From Acidimicrobiia bacterium (GTDB lineage: Bacteria; Actinomycetota; Acidimicrobiia; Spongiisociales; ZC4RG35), in assembly GCA_035544615.1 (NCBI GenBank), contig DATKEA010000044.1, positions 4,537 to 68,536 on the forward strand: DNA of 64,000 bases. Reading direction: 5' to 3'. Position 1 is the stretch's first letter. Every line of letters starts with the position of its first letter. Under the pieces are notes generated by a model. The model was given only the letters and a program-made list of their open reading frames with translations. It had not been told where the DNA came from and searched no databases. A program made the position numbers and the translations under genes. Of the stretch, positions 26,565 through 37,669 are shown piece after piece.

Positions 26565-29390
26565 ATGCCCAACCCCAAGGAGAGGTTCGCCGACCGGCAC
26601 ATCGGCCCCCGACCCGGCGACATCGAGAAGATGCTGGCGACGATCGGTGCCGCCTCGCTCGATGAGCTGGTGACGGAGACCGTTCCGGCTTCGATCCTCG
26701 ACACGGTCCTCGACCTGCCGGCATCGTTGTCCGAGCCGGAGACGCTGGCGAGACTGCGCGACCTTGGTTCGCAGAACGAGGTTCTGACCTCTCTGATCGG
26801 CTTGGGCTACCACGACACCATCACCCCGCCGGTCATACAGAGAAACGTGCTCGAGAACCCCGCGTGGTATACGGCGTACACCCCTTATCAACCTGAGATC
26901 TCCCAGGGTCGTCTCGAAGCGTTGCTCAACTTTCAGACGATGGTGTCAGACCTGACCGGGCTCGACCTGGCCAACGCCTCGCTTCTCGATGAGGCGTCGG
27001 CTGCAGCCGAGGCGATGTCGATGTGCCGTCGCCTGGCCAAGGGCGACCGGCGGGTCTTCTACATCGACGACGACTGCCATCTGCCAACAACGGCGGTCGT
27101 CGGGACCCGTGCCGAGGCCGCCGGGGTGGAGTTGCGCAGGCTCTCGGATGGCTTCCAAGGCGACCACGCCTTCGGCATGTTGCTCCAATATCCCGGGTCC
27201 TCGGGAGAGATTCCGGATCATCGAGAGCTGGTGGCCAGGGCCAAGGCCGCCGGCGTTCTCGTGGTCGTCGCCACCGACCTCCTTGCTTTGACCTTGCTGA
27301 CGCCGCCCGGCGAGTGGGGCGCCGACATTGCGGTCGGGTCGGCCCAACGGTTTGGCGTCCCCCTTGGTTACGGGGGCCCGCATGCGGCCTTCATCGCCAC
27401 CAAGGAGGCCCACGTCCGGGCGCTGCCTGGTCGTCTGGTAGGTGTTTCTCACGACAGCGGGGGGCGTGTTGCGTATCGCCTGGCACTTCAGACCCGCGAG
27501 CAACACATCCGGAGAGAGAAAGCCACTTCCAACGTCTGCACTGCACAGGTCCTGCTGGCAGTGGTCGCCGGCTTCTATGGGTGTTGGCATGGGCCCGATG
27601 GGCTGGAGGAAATCGCTCGAGAAACCCATCGCCAAGCCAAGGTCCTCTCTTCTTCTCTGAGCTTGGCCGGCTACCGGACCGTGAACGACTGGTTCTTCGA
27701 CACGATCACCATTTCGGCGCCGGGTCGAGCGGTGGAGATCGTCGAGGCAGCCCTGGCCCAAGGCATCAACCTCGGCTTGGTCGATGATGACCGAATTCGC
27801 ATCGCACTGGACGAGACCACGACCTCCGATATCGTCGACGGGGTTTTGGGTGCGTTTGGCGCCGTGATCGAGAGCGACGACGGGTCAACGGCATTGCCGG
27901 CTGACCTGGTCCGAAGCACCGAGTTCATGACTCATCCCGTCTTCAGTCTTTACCGGTCAGAGCACGAGATGCTTCGCTACCTGCGTCGACTCGCCGACCG
28001 CGACCTGGCATTGGACCGAAGCATGATCCCCCTCGGGTCGTGCACGATGAAACTGAACGCAACCACCGAGATGATCCCGATGACATGGCCGGAGTTCGCC
28101 GGGATCCACCCCTACGCGCCAGAGGACCAGGCGGCGGGTTACCACGTCCTGATAGAGGAGCTATCGGACTACCTGTGTCGGATAACCGGGTACGACCAGA
28201 TCTCGCTGCAGCCCAACGCTGGATCCCAGGGAGAGTTCGCGGGTCTGCTCGCCATCCGCGCCTATCACGAGTCTCGTGGTGAGCGTCAGCGAGACATCTG
28301 TCTCATCCCCGCCTCGGCGCACGGGACCAACGCGGCCTCCGCAGTGATGGCGGGCATGAAGGTCGTGGTTGTGGCTACCGACCAATCCGGCAATGTGGAC
28401 CTGGCCGATCTCGAGGACAAGGCATCCACCAACGCTGACCGTTTGGCGGCCGCCATGATCACCTATCCCTCGACACACGGAGTCTTCGAGGAGGGAGTGC
28501 GAGACCTGGTCGAGGTGGTCCATCGCCACGGTGGGCAGGTGTATGTCGACGGGGCCAATCTGAATGCCCTGGTTGGCCTGGCCCGTCCCGCCGACTTTGG
28601 CGCGGACGTCGGGCATCTCAATCTCCACAAGACATTCACGATTCCCCATGGCGGTGGAGGCCCCGGCGTGGGGCCGGTCGGTGTAAAGGCTCACCTCGCA
28701 CCCTTCCTGCCCAACCATCCTCTTCGTGAGACGGCGGGGCCGGCATCCGGTGTGGGGCCGGTCTCGGGCGCCCCGTTCGGCTCGGCCGGCATTCTGGTCA
28801 TCCCGTATGCATATCTCCGGTTGATGGGAGCAGACGGGCTGAGGATGGCCAGCAAGATCGCCATCCTTTCGGCCAACTACATCGCCAGACGACTCGACGC
28901 CTACTTCCCCGTTCTCTACACCGGCAAGAACGGTCGTGTCGCTCATGAGTCGATTGTCGACCTTCGACCTCTGACACGAGCGACCGGAGTAGCAGCAGAG
29001 GACGTGGCCAAGCGGTTGGCGGACTACGGCTTTCACGCCCCCACGCTGTCCTTCCCGGTGGCCGGGACCCTCATGATCGAGCCGACGGAGTCGGAGAGCC
29101 TCGAGGAGTTGGACCGTTTCTGCGACGCCATGATCGCCATCCACGACGAGATCATGAGGATCGGCGCGGGAGAATGGGACCGGTCAGACAACCCGTTGAA
29201 AAACGCGCCCCATTCCGCCGCAGACGTGGTCTCTGACGGGTGGCAGCGCGGTTACTCACGCGAAGTCGCTGCTTATCCGCTCCCCTCTCTGCGGATTGAC
29301 AAGTACTGGCCTCCGGTCGGCCGTATCGACGGTGTCGGCGGGGATCGGAATCTGGTGTGTGCTTGCCCACCAATCGATGCGTATTCTTGA
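26565..29390 (+). CDS. gcvP: glycine dehydrogenase (decarboxylating), single-chain P-protein
   Basis: 941 aa. FADRHIGP at the N-terminus, [26 protein letters not shown] (PLP lysine region). SD GAGGAG upstream. Confidence 0.9.
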   Translation: MPNPKERFADRHIGPRPGDIEKMLATIGAASLDELVTETVPASILDTVLDLPASLSEPETLARLRDLGSQNEVLTSLIGLGYHDTITPPVIQRNVLENPAWYTAYTPYQPEISQGRLEALLNFQTMVSDLTGLDLANASLLDEASAAAEAMSMCRRLAKGDRRVFYIDDDCHLPTTAVVGTRAEAAGVELRRLSDGFQGDHAFGMLLQYPGSSGEIPDHRELVARAKAAGVLVVVATDLLALTLLTPPGEWGADIAVGSAQRFGVPLGYGGPHAAFIATKEAHVRALPGRLVGVSHDSGGRVAYRLALQTREQHIRREKATSNVCTAQVLLAVVAGFYGCWHGPDGLEEIARETHRQAKVLSSSLSLAGYRTVNDWFFDTITISAPGRAVEIVEAALAQGINLGLVDDDRIRIALDETTTSDIVDGVLGAFGAVIESDDGSTALPADLVRSTEFMTHPVFSLYRSEHEMLRYLRRLADRDLALDRSMIPLGSCTMKLNATTEMIPMTWPEFAGIHPYAPEDQAAGYHVLIEELSDYLCRITGYDQISLQPNAGSQGEFAGLLAIRAYHESRGERQRDICLIPASAHGTNAASAVMAGMKVVVVATDQSGNVDLADLEDKASTNADRLAAAMITYPSTHGVFEEGVRDLVEVVHRHGGQVYVDGANLNALVGLARPADFGADVGHLNLHKTFTIPHGGGGPGVGPVGVKAHLAPFLPNHPLRETAGPASGVGPVSGAPFGSAGILVIPYAYLRLMGADGLRMASKIAILSANYIARRLDAYFPVLYTGKNGRVAHESIVDLRPLTRATGVAAEDVAKRLADYGFHAPTLSFPVAGTLMIEPTESESLEELDRFCDAMIAIHDEIMRIGAGEWDRSDNPLKNAPHSAADVVSDGWQRGYSREVAAYPLPSLRIDKYWPPVGRIDGVGGDRNLVCACPPIDAYS

Positions 29391-29471
29391 AGGACTTGAC
29401 TTTCCCCGGGTCAATGGGATCGTGATGGGTAGCACTGGCGCGGGTAGGGATGCAGAGAAGACGGTGTCACG

Positions 29472-30803
29472 GTGAAGTTCACCGGTCAGGTTCGGGTGCC
29501 GGAGATCGACCATCCCGGTGTTCCGGCGACAATTTTAATAGATGGCGATCAGGCCGAGGTCTTCCTCGAAGGGGAGTCACTCGGACGGTGGTCTCTCTTC
29601 GACGTGCAAGCCGTGCGTCTCGTTTCCAGTGCCTTCTCCCTCTCCCTACATGGTGAGGAGATCACCTTCATAGCTGACGAGCCGGTCGACTTTGCCTACA
29701 AGGGCGTCGACCATATGGCGGATGCCTGGGCTCGGTTCAAGTCGATGTCCGTCCCCCGGCGTGTGGTAGCGGTAGGTCGATCGCGTAGGGGCACGCATCC
29801 GTCGCGAATCGGCGAACTCAGGGAGGCGATGCTGAAGAACCTCGAGGCTGCCGGCCGTGGCCCGACGCGGTTGGATCCCATCGATACTGCGCCTGTGATG
29901 CCGGTTCACGATGCGCCGGCGGCGGCCGGGGCCGAACCTGTCAAGAGGGCCCCGATTCCACACCCGTATCGTCGTTCCCAGACCGAGGCCGCTTCGTCCC
30001 CCGTCGAGGAGGCCGAGACCTTCGCACCATCGTCACCCTCCAAGCTTCGCCCCGGCGCCGGGCTGATGGCCGCCGGGGCCGCTCGCTCCGAGGTGCCGAC
30101 GGCCGAGCTCGAGCAGGTTCTCGACACACCCGCGATAGCGGACCCCGAGCCGGTGTTCGCTCCACCCGAGATAGCGGACCCCGAGCCGGTGTCCCCTCCA
30201 CCCGAATTTGCGGACCCCGAGCCGTTGTCCCCTCCAGCCGAGACGGCGATTCCATCTCTCCGTTCTCCATGGGACGAGCCTCCTGCGGGCGACGAACCGG
30301 GTGCCTCTGACCAGGTTCCCGATCAGACGCTCAGGCCTGTCCCCGAACCGGTGGCCGGGCTCCCGCCCACGGGTGTGGGTGAGGGCACAGAACCACCTCG
30401 GGTCGGCGCGCCTCCTGCCGCCGACGCCACCGATGAAGAAGAGCCGGCCACCGAGGCGGTCCCCGAGCTGGTTGAGGAGTTGTTGAGCACTTCGTCGGAT
30501 GAGGGTGGAGAAGAGGGTGCTCGAGATCTCGTCGTCGACCTGGGCCGGTTCGAGGGGCGACGTCGCAGCGACGCCGCCCCCTCGAGCGATCCTCCTGCCC
30601 CGTCCGCTCCAAGAGAGCCCGCCCTCGCTGTCGCTTCGCCTGACGCTTCGGAGAGAGGTGGCCTGTTGGGCGCTGTCAGATCGGCGTTCGTCAGGAACAA
30701 GGTCGCTCATGAGCACGAGTTCACTGAGGCACCGGGAGGAATTGGGATCGTTCGCCAGATCTGTGCCGAGTGCGGCTACATCTCAATCGGACTGTCTGAT
30801 TGA
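29472..30803 (+). CDS. hypothetical protein: ~100-aa N-terminal domain, ~300-aa Pro/Glu/Ala-rich disordered region, short HEHEF...CAEC C-terminus
   Basis: 443 aa, GTG start. No recognisable family. In-frame 36-nt repeats in the middle. Coding status is supported only by length and the repeat reading frame. Confidence 0.5.
   Translation: MKFTGQVRVPEIDHPGVPATILIDGDQAEVFLEGESLGRWSLFDVQAVRLVSSAFSLSLHGEEITFIADEPVDFAYKGVDHMADAWARFKSMSVPRRVVAVGRSRRGTHPSRIGELREAMLKNLEAAGRGPTRLDPIDTAPVMPVHDAPAAAGAEPVKRAPIPHPYRRSQTEAASSPVEEAETFAPSSPSKLRPGAGLMAAGAARSEVPTAELEQVLDTPAIADPEPVFAPPEIADPEPVSPPPEFADPEPLSPPAETAIPSLRSPWDEPPAGDEPGASDQVPDQTLRPVPEPVAGLPPTGVGEGTEPPRVGAPPAADATDEEEPATEAVPELVEELLSTSSDEGGEEGARDLVVDLGRFEGRRRSDAAPSSDPPAPSAPREPALAVASPDASERGGLLGAVRSAFVRNKVAHEHEFTEAPGGIGIVRQICAECGYISIGLSD
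30135..30242. repeat. 3 x 36-nt in-frame tandem repeat (IADPEPVxxPPE)
   Basis: atagcggaccccgagccggtg... recurs three times with a few substitutions, read directly. Confidence 0.85.
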
Positions 30804-30897
30804 CACCGGCGGGCCCGGGGCAGGTGGTCCATCGAGAGCTGCTGATACCGGGCTCATGGTTGCCGGGCGAGCGGAGCGCCTCGGTTAACGTCGCCGG

Positions 30898-31941
30898 GTG
30901 ACTGCAACTGTCCGCCCGGTGATCCTCTCCGGGGGAGCTGGTACCAGGTTATGGCCCCTGTCGACCGGGAAACGCCCGAAACAGTTCCTGGCGCTCCTGG
31001 GGGTGCCGCTCTTCGAAGCGACGTTGCATCGTCTACAAGGTCTCGAAGGGGTTGGCCCGGTGACGGTCGTCGCCGGCGGCGGGCACCTGGATGCAGTCGA
31101 GGAGGCCGCGGCCAACGCCTCGGTTGAGCTGGCGTCCATCATCGTCGAGCCGGTAGGGCGCAACACCGCACCGGCGGTGGTCGTCGCCGCATTGGTCTCC
31201 GACCCCGACGATGTCCTGGTGATCCTTCCCTCGGATCATGTGATCGCCGATGTCGAGGCTTTTCGATCGATTTTGGCGAGAGCCGTGGCTCTTGCGGTCG
31301 ACGGCGCCCTGGTCACTTTCGGTGCCAGAGCGAGCCGGCCAGAGACAGGGTACGGCTATATCGAAAAGGGTGAGGCTGTCGAAGGCGGGTTCCGGATAAA
31401 CAGGTTCAAGGAGAAACCCGAGGCCGAGGAAGCGGCGCGCCTCGTTTCAGGCAACACCCACCTCTGGAATTCCGGGATGTTCGTGTTCACCGCGAGGAGG
31501 CTGCTTCAGGAGGCGAACAAGCACGACCCAGACCTCGTGGCGGGCGTCGCGTCCGCCCTGCCGGGTGAGCGGGAGGGGAGGATCCTTCTCGGCGACTCGT
31601 TTGCAGACGTGAGATCGGTTTCCCTGGATCACGCCATCATGGAGAAGACAGACGGCGCGGTGGTGATACCGATGGACGTCGGATGGAATGACATCGGCTC
31701 ATGGCAGTCACTCTGGGAATTGAGCACCCTCGACGAATCCGGGAATGCGCTGATAGGAGAGGTCACCGTCGTCGATGTCAGCGGCTGCTATGTGTACTCG
31801 AGCTCGCGCCCGGTCGCCGTAGCCGGTGTCAGCGACCTGGTGGTGGTGGAGACCCCCGATGCGGTTCTGGTCGTGCCGTTGGCGAAGTCACAGTTGGTAC
31901 GGGACCTCGTCGCCAAGACCGAACCGTCATCGTCCGATTGA
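30898..31941 (+). CDS. manC: mannose-1-phosphate guanylyltransferase (GDP-mannose pyrophosphorylase)
   Basis: 347 aa, GTG start. VILSGGAGTRLWPLS, then PSDH and GYGYI motifs. Confidence 0.8.
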   Translation: MTATVRPVILSGGAGTRLWPLSTGKRPKQFLALLGVPLFEATLHRLQGLEGVGPVTVVAGGGHLDAVEEAAANASVELASIIVEPVGRNTAPAVVVAALVSDPDDVLVILPSDHVIADVEAFRSILARAVALAVDGALVTFGARASRPETGYGYIEKGEAVEGGFRINRFKEKPEAEEAARLVSGNTHLWNSGMFVFTARRLLQEANKHDPDLVAGVASALPGEREGRILLGDSFADVRSVSLDHAIMEKTDGAVVIPMDVGWNDIGSWQSLWELSTLDESGNALIGEVTVVDVSGCYVYSSSRPVAVAGVSDLVVVETPDAVLVVPLAKSQLVRDLVAKTEPSSSD

Positions 31942-31976
31942 AGCTCTCCCGTCATCGTCCATACCATCTCGAGCCA

Positions 31977-32282
31977 ATGAGGCGTGTCGTCATCCATCTC
32001 CTGGTCGCTGGCCTGGTGGCCGGTTGTGTCGGCCGTCCCGCCGAGGTCGCCACCGGGGAGGAGATCTATCTTCAGCTCTGCTCCAACTGCCATGGAGCGC
32101 AGCTTCAAGGTGGGGTGGGACCGGCTCTAGGCCCGGGGTCCGGCGTCGTCGGGCGACCGGTCGAGTTCCTACGGATGACGATCGTCTCCGGCCGAGGAGC
32201 GATGCCGTCGTTCGATTCGTCTCTGAGCGACGAGCAGGTGGAACGGCTGATCGGATACATCCGGGAGACACACGACGAATGA
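31977..32282 (+). CDS. small c-type cytochrome lipoprotein
   Basis: ATG at 31977 gives MRRVVIHLLVAGLVAGC (lipobox), heme motif CSNCH and distal MP (GRGAMPSF). 101 aa. The upstream 92 codons of the track ORF overlap manC and were rejected. Confidence 0.75.
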   Translation: MRRVVIHLLVAGLVAGCVGRPAEVATGEEIYLQLCSNCHGAQLQGGVGPALGPGSGVVGRPVEFLRMTIVSGRGAMPSFDSSLSDEQVERLIGYIRETHDE

Positions 32283-33238
32283 GCGCTCTCCTTGAGGTTC
32301 TCGAGCTGCATCCGGTCCGGATCCCGATGCGGCACCGCTTTCGCCGGATCGACCACCGGGAGGCCGTGTTGATCAAGGGACCGACCGGCTGGGGTGAGTT
32401 CTCGCCCTTCCCCGACTATCGGCCCGAGGTCACGACGAGATGGCTGGCGGCTGCCCTCGAAGCAGCCTGCAGCAGTCTCCCCGAACCAGGCCGGCCCACC
32501 GTCCCGATCAACGTGACGGTTCCTGCCGTCGACCCCGAGATAGCTGTCGGCCTGGTCCTCGAATCGGGCGCCGGAACCGCGAAAGTGAAGGTCGCCGAGC
32601 CCGGCCAGACGGAAGAGGCCGACGAGGCGAGACTGGCCGCGGTTCGCGAGGCGATGGGCCCCACCGGGAAGATACGGATCGATGTCAATGCAACCTGGGA
32701 TCTCGATACCGCCACCGAGCGACTCCGGGCGCTCTCCCGGTTCGACCTCGAGTACGTGGAGCAGCCGGTAGCGACTCTGGAAGAGATGGTCGAGTTGAGA
32801 CGACGCACCGACGTGCCTCTCGCAGCAGACGAGCTGGTGCGTCTCCGCCCGGACCCGCTCGAGGTGGCCGAGATGGGAGCGGCAGACGTTCTTGTGGTCA
32901 AAGTCCAGCCGCTGGGAGGGGTGTCCCGGACTCTCGACCTGGCCGCGCGTGCCGGGATCCCGGTGGTGGTCTCTTCGGCCCTGGAGACTTCGGTGGGCAT
33001 CTACTCCGGGCTGCTGGTGGCATCACTTCTCGATCGGCTTCCTTACGCATGTGGCCTGGGGACGGTCGCCCTCATCGAAGGTGACCCCACCCGAGCACCG
33101 CTCGTGTCGATGAACGGCGAGCTCGAGGTTCGTCGGCCCGAGCCCGACCCCGAGCTCCTGGAGAGATGGCGCCCCGATCGCGACCGGGCTGCCGAAATGC
33201 TGCGTAAGGTCCGGTCGGCTGCCCAGGTTCTGACGTGA
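32279..33238 (+). CDS. menC: o-succinylbenzoate synthase
   Basis: ATG at 32279 (ATGA overlap with the cytochrome c stop). Enolase-superfamily motifs KVKV, RIDVNATW, EYVEQP and LAADE. menD lies directly downstream. Confidence 0.8.
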   Translation: MSALLEVLELHPVRIPMRHRFRRIDHREAVLIKGPTGWGEFSPFPDYRPEVTTRWLAAALEAACSSLPEPGRPTVPINVTVPAVDPEIAVGLVLESGAGTAKVKVAEPGQTEEADEARLAAVREAMGPTGKIRIDVNATWDLDTATERLRALSRFDLEYVEQPVATLEEMVELRRRTDVPLAADELVRLRPDPLEVAEMGAADVLVVKVQPLGGVSRTLDLAARAGIPVVVSSALETSVGIYSGLLVASLLDRLPYACGLGTVALIEGDPTRAPLVSMNGELEVRRPEPDPELLERWRPDRDRAAEMLRKVRSAAQVLT

Positions 33239-33265
33239 AGATGCTGCGCACGACCCGGATATGAG

Positions 33266-34954
33266 ATGACGCAACCCAATCCGAGCACGGCGATAGCCCG
33301 CACCCTCGCAGACGAGTTGCATCGGCACGGGGTCGACTACGCGGTGATTTCTCCAGGCTCGCGATCTGCTGCCCTCGCCATCGCCTTCGACGAGCATCCC
33401 GCCATCGCGACCAGGGTGATCCTCGATGAGCGGTCGGCTTCGTTCCACGCGCTGGGGCGGGCCCGGGCCACCCAGGCTCCGGTGGTCGCCCTGTGCACCT
33501 CGGGCACCGCCCTCGCCAACTATCTGCCGGCCGTGGTCGAGGCTGACCTCGCCCTCGTTCCCCTCATCCTGATCTCAGCTGATCGGCCGCCGGACATGTT
33601 GCATGTGGGAGCGAATCAGACCATTGATCAGAACCGGATCTTTGGCGAGAGGACACGGTGGTTTTGCAATCTGCCACCGCCCGAGCCTTCGCAGGACGGC
33701 AATGCCTACTGGCGGACAACGGTCTCCCAGGCCGTGGCGCGCGCCCTCGGGCACGGTGGCCGGCCGGGGCCGGTCCACCTCAACGTTGCTTTCCGAGAGC
33801 CGACCGTTCCGGTCGGCGACGATGGCCGGTCGAAGGCACTTTCATATCCGCACTCGATCGAGGGTCGCCCTGATCGAGCGCGCTGGCAGGATCACCAGCG
33901 AGCCCGTCCGGGACCGGGTCGGCTGCCCGACCTCGAAGGCGAACGGGGTCTGCTGGTGGTCGGTGAGGGCGACTTCGATCCGATGGAGCTCGCCTCGGCG
34001 GCCGAAAGGCTGGGCTGGCCCGTGTTGGGCACGGCTCTGTCCGGTCTCCGCGGCACGGAAGTGATCACCACCTACCACCACCTCCTGGTGGAAGGGGTTC
34101 CTCCGGCCCTGCGTCCGAGTCACGTGGTCACGGTGGGGAGGATCGGGCCCAGCGACCGGTTGGCACAGCTTTCCGGTCTCCCGATCCCGCATATCCACAT
34201 CGACCCTTGGGGTTCATGGAACGACCCCCGCCGCGATTCGACCCTGCTGCTCGAGGCCGACCCGGCGACGACCCTCGACTCCGTCGGTCGGCCCATGGAC
34301 GGGCGATTCAGGGAGACCTGGGTCGAAGCCGACGCGACGATGAGGTCAGCGCTCGATCAGCGGCTGGCCGAGATCGAAACCGCGACCGGGCCGTCGGTGG
34401 CGAGGTCCCTGGGTACTTTGGAATTCGACTTGTTGGTGGCAGCCTCGTCGATGCCGGTACGGGACGTCGACGCCCATACGATTCACAAGGCGAGGACGAT
34501 TGCAAACCGTGGCGCCTCGGGAATCGACGGGTTCGTCTCAACGGCGATGGGAGCCGCTTCGGGTGGTCGCCGAACCCTGGCCCTGGCGGGAGATCTGTCC
34601 CTTCTCCATGATGCCGGCGGGTTCGTCACCGACGAGCGCGGTGATGTCGTGTACCTCGTCATCGACAACGGGGGCGGGGGTCTGTTCGATCTGCTGCCTC
34701 AGGCTGAGCACGCTCCGGGCTTCGACCGTCTGTTCGTGACCCCACACGGGCTCGACCTGGCCAGGGTGGCGGAAGCCTACGGGTTGGGCGTCTCCGTGGT
34801 CGATCGACTCGACGGTCTGGCCTCCACGGTCACCGGGCGCTTGGCGGAAGGAGGCCCACAGGTAGTGGTCGTGCCGGTGGACCGGGAGACCGACCTCAAA
34901 CAGCGTCGCGGGTTGGATGATGTCGCTCGACTGGTCTGCGCCGGCTTCAGTTGA
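33266..34954 (+). CDS. menD: 2-succinyl-5-enolpyruvyl-6-hydroxy-3-cyclohexene-1-carboxylate (SEPHCHC) synthase
   Basis: 562 aa. ThDP-enzyme layout: N-terminal ELHRHGVDYAVISPGSRSAAL, CTSGTALANYLPAV, GASGIDG, LAGDLSLLHD. Confidence 0.85.
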   Translation: MTQPNPSTAIARTLADELHRHGVDYAVISPGSRSAALAIAFDEHPAIATRVILDERSASFHALGRARATQAPVVALCTSGTALANYLPAVVEADLALVPLILISADRPPDMLHVGANQTIDQNRIFGERTRWFCNLPPPEPSQDGNAYWRTTVSQAVARALGHGGRPGPVHLNVAFREPTVPVGDDGRSKALSYPHSIEGRPDRARWQDHQRARPGPGRLPDLEGERGLLVVGEGDFDPMELASAAERLGWPVLGTALSGLRGTEVITTYHHLLVEGVPPALRPSHVVTVGRIGPSDRLAQLSGLPIPHIHIDPWGSWNDPRRDSTLLLEADPATTLDSVGRPMDGRFRETWVEADATMRSALDQRLAEIETATGPSVARSLGTLEFDLLVAASSMPVRDVDAHTIHKARTIANRGASGIDGFVSTAMGAASGGRRTLALAGDLSLLHDAGGFVTDERGDVVYLVIDNGGGGLFDLLPQAEHAPGFDRLFVTPHGLDLARVAEAYGLGVSVVDRLDGLASTVTGRLAEGGPQVVVVPVDRETDLKQRRGLDDVARLVCAGFS

Positions 34955-36065
34955 TCCCCAGGGCTCCGAGCATCGGCCGCAGCTTGATCTGAGTCTCCTC
35001 GAGCTCGATGCCGGGCTCGGATCCTTCGACCAGCCCCGCCCCGGTGTACAGGCTCGCCGTCCGCCCTTCGATCACACCGCAGCGCAGGGCGATGGCGAAC
35101 TCTCCCTCGCCTCCAGGATCGAGCCAGCCAACCGGCCCGGCATAGCGGCCTCGATCGTGCGTCTCCAGCTCCCGTATGAGCTCCAGGGCGGATTTGGTTG
35201 GGGTGCCGGCCACCGCCGCCGTCGGGTGAAGGGCGGAGAGGAGGTCGGTGATGCGGGTGCCTGGGTGGACGTCACCTTCGAAAACCGTTGAGAGATGCCT
35301 GATGTCGCCGTAGGTGGCGATGCGGCTGGGCGACCGGTTGAGGTCGGGAGAGTAGGGCATCAGGGCGTCTTCGACAGAGGCGGCGGCGAGAGAGTGCTCC
35401 AGGAGCATCTTGTCACTATCGAAGGAACGAAGCCCCAATCTGTCTTCGAGATCGGACGAGCCGGCCAGCGAGATGGACCGTGCTCTCCCACCATGCAGCG
35501 AGATCAGCAATTCGGGTGACGAGCCGACCAGCCGATCGACGAGGAAGGTGTGCGAGCCGGACTCCCCGAGGAGATTGGCCAGGACCAGATGCGCAGGCAC
35601 CTCATCGTCCAGTTGGACTGTCAACTTGCGTGACAGGACGACCTTTTCCACCTCCCGGACCGAGATGGCCCTGAGGGCCCTCTCGACGCTGGCTGCCCAC
35701 TCGGCCTCGCCGGACTCGACCAGACGCCCCTCCGGCAAAGAGGTGACCGGATGCGGGTCGGGCAGGTCCTCCCGACCTCCCATCAGGAACCGAGATCCTG
35801 CCGCTTCGACCCTGAGCAGGACATCGGGGACAATTGCCATCGAACCGGCCACGTTCTCGTCGAAGGTGAAACTGGCGAGAGCCAGGGGCGCACCCGAGGA
35901 ACGGAGAACACGGAGCGCTCGATCGAATCGGTCTGCACCAGTGCCCGGATCTATTCGAAGCGACTCCCCCCAGCCAACGATGGCCAGGTCCTCACGTATC
36001 CACGCCGAGTCGGGTGCCCGGGTCAGCGCGTCTCGGAGGGTCGATGCAAAGCTGTCAGTCGTCAT
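34947..36065 (-). CDS. menF: isochorismate synthase
   Basis: 372 aa. Chorismate-binding C-terminus: LHPTAAVAGTP, GRYAGPVGW and FAIALRCG. Confidence 0.8.
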   Translation of the reverse strand: MTTDSFASTLRDALTRAPDSAWIREDLAIVGWGESLRIDPGTGADRFDRALRVLRSSGAPLALASFTFDENVAGSMAIVPDVLLRVEAAGSRFLMGGREDLPDPHPVTSLPEGRLVESGEAEWAASVERALRAISVREVEKVVLSRKLTVQLDDEVPAHLVLANLLGESGSHTFLVDRLVGSSPELLISLHGGRARSISLAGSSDLEDRLGLRSFDSDKMLLEHSLAAASVEDALMPYSPDLNRSPSRIATYGDIRHLSTVFEGDVHPGTRITDLLSALHPTAAVAGTPTKSALELIRELETHDRGRYAGPVGWLDPGGEGEFAIALRCGVIEGRTASLYTGAGLVEGSEPGIELEETQIKLRPMLGALGIN

Positions 36066-36843
36066 TCCAGGTGCAGGCTAGGACCGGCTGGTCGGTCTCG
36101 ATGCCAGCCAAGTCCTTCGCCACTCGTTCGAGTCGAAGGGGATCGCCCGAGGTAGCCATGAGGAGTTGTCCCGAGCCGCGCGGCAGCGATGCCACCCGTT
36201 TGACCTGTCTCGCCACTGCGGGGGCGGGATCGAATATCGTCACCTGTGGCCCGGCCACCCTGGCGATCACCGGGGTGAGAAACGGAAAGTGGGTGCAGCC
36301 GAGAACCAGGGTGTCGGCGCCGCCCTCGAGGAGCGGGCTGAGACATGTCTCCACCTGATCCTGCACTTCAGGCCCGTCGTCGAGCCCTCTCTCTATCAAC
36401 CCGACCCATTCGGGGCAGGCCCGGGTCAGCACCGTCATCCCTTCGGCGTGGCGTTGCACGACAGAGGCGAAGAGTTTCCCCTGGAACGTGGCAGTGGTGG
36501 CGAGGACTCCGATGACCCCCGTCGAGGTGGTCAACGCCGCAGGTTTCACCGCAGGCTCCATCCCCACGAATGCAACATCCGGATAGCGGGCGCGGAGCTC
36601 GATCAAAGCCGCCGCCGACGCCGTGTTGCACGCGATGGTGATCGTCGACGCTCCCTGGTCCATCAGCCAGCACGAGACCTGGTCGGAGATGGCAGCCACC
36701 TCGTCGAGGGTCTTCACGCCATAAGGGGCACGCCCCTGGTCGGCGAGGTAGACGACATCGGCATGAGGCAGCTCGCGTCGGATTTCGCTGAGAACGCTCA
36801 GTCCTCCCACGCCTGAATCGAAGACACCGATCATCGGGTGCAT
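36055..36843 (-). CDS. murI: glutamate racemase
   Basis: Start at 36843 (MHPM) or 36834 ([15 protein letters not shown]). Catalytic cysteine regions IACNTASA and LGCTHFP. The 103 upstream codons of the track ORF are not protein-like. Confidence 0.85.
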   Translation of the reverse strand: MHPMIGVFDSGVGGLSVLSEIRRELPHADVVYLADQGRAPYGVKTLDEVAAISDQVSCWLMDQGASTITIACNTASAAALIELRARYPDVAFVGMEPAVKPAALTTSTGVIGVLATTATFQGKLFASVVQRHAEGMTVLTRACPEWVGLIERGLDDGPEVQDQVETCLSPLLEGGADTLVLGCTHFPFLTPVIARVAGPQVTIFDPAPAVARQVKRVASLPRGSGQLLMATSGDPLRLERVAKDLAGIETDQPVLACTWNDD

Positions 36844-36898
36844 CTCAGCAGGTAGCCAGGCTGGTGACTGGTACCGTCGATCCCAGAGGAAGTGCACC

Positions 36899-37669
36899 TT
36901 GCAGGTCGGCGGATCGGTTGCCCTGATCACCGGTGGCGTTTCCGGTCTCGGATTCGGAGCGGCCACCCGTCTTGTCCACGGTGGCGGTTCGGTGGTGTTG
37001 CTCGACATCAACGAGACCCGCGGTAGGCAGGCAACCGAGGAACTGGGCCCGGACGCGAGATTCGCGATGTGCGATGTGACGGACCGTGAGAGTGTTGCGG
37101 CCGCGGTGGGATCGGCACTGGAACAGTTCGGGCGCATCGACATCCTCGTCAACGCTGCCGGCGTCGCTCCGGCTCAACGACTGGTCGCCCGCGACGGGGC
37201 TCTCTTCGACCTCGACCTGTTCAAGTTCGTGATCGATGTCAACCTCATCGGCGTGTTCGATGTGACCCGCCATGTCGCCGGAGCCATGGCCCGCAACGAG
37301 CCGGGGGATGACGGCGAGCGTGGAGTCATCGTCAATGTGGCCTCGATTGCGGCATTCGACGGTCAGATCGGACAAGCCGCCTACGCGGCTTCTAAGGGAG
37401 GAGTGGTCGCCATGACCCTTCCGATGGCACGTGACCTCGGGAGCTTGGGCATCAGGGTGGTCGCCGTCGCGCCCGGGATAATGGATACTCCGTTGCTCGA
37501 CTCGGCTCCCCAGGAACTGAAGGAATCCCTGGCGAGGCTTCACGTGTTCCCGCAGCGTCTGGGAACCCCGGCCGATTTCGCCCATCTGGTCGAGGCGATT
37601 GTGGAGAATCCGATGCTCAATGGTGAGGTGATCCGTCTCGATGCTGCGGCCAGAATGCCTCCGAAGTGA
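36899..37669 (+). CDS. SDR-family oxidoreductase (3-hydroxyacyl-CoA dehydrogenase type II-like)
   Basis: 256 aa. [13 protein letters not shown] and YAASKGGV (YxxxK). Confidence 0.8.
   Translation: MQVGGSVALITGGVSGLGFGAATRLVHGGGSVVLLDINETRGRQATEELGPDARFAMCDVTDRESVAAAVGSALEQFGRIDILVNAAGVAPAQRLVARDGALFDLDLFKFVIDVNLIGVFDVTRHVAGAMARNEPGDDGERGVIVNVASIAAFDGQIGQAAYAASKGGVVAMTLPMARDLGSLGIRVVAVAPGIMDTPLLDSAPQELKESLARLHVFPQRLGTPADFAHLVEAIVENPMLNGEVIRLDAAARMPPK

Noticed and set aside
36844-37152. The N-terminal 103-codon extension of the murI ORF. Similar extensions occur at 15478-15669 for sbcD, 39624-39686 for the permease, 31701-31976 for cytochrome c, 31826-32278 for menC and 57122-57259 for nfu.
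   Set aside because: The extensions are not protein-like and overlap neighbouring genes or a strong hairpin. Canonical family N-termini, often with SD sequences, begin at the internal starts I chose.
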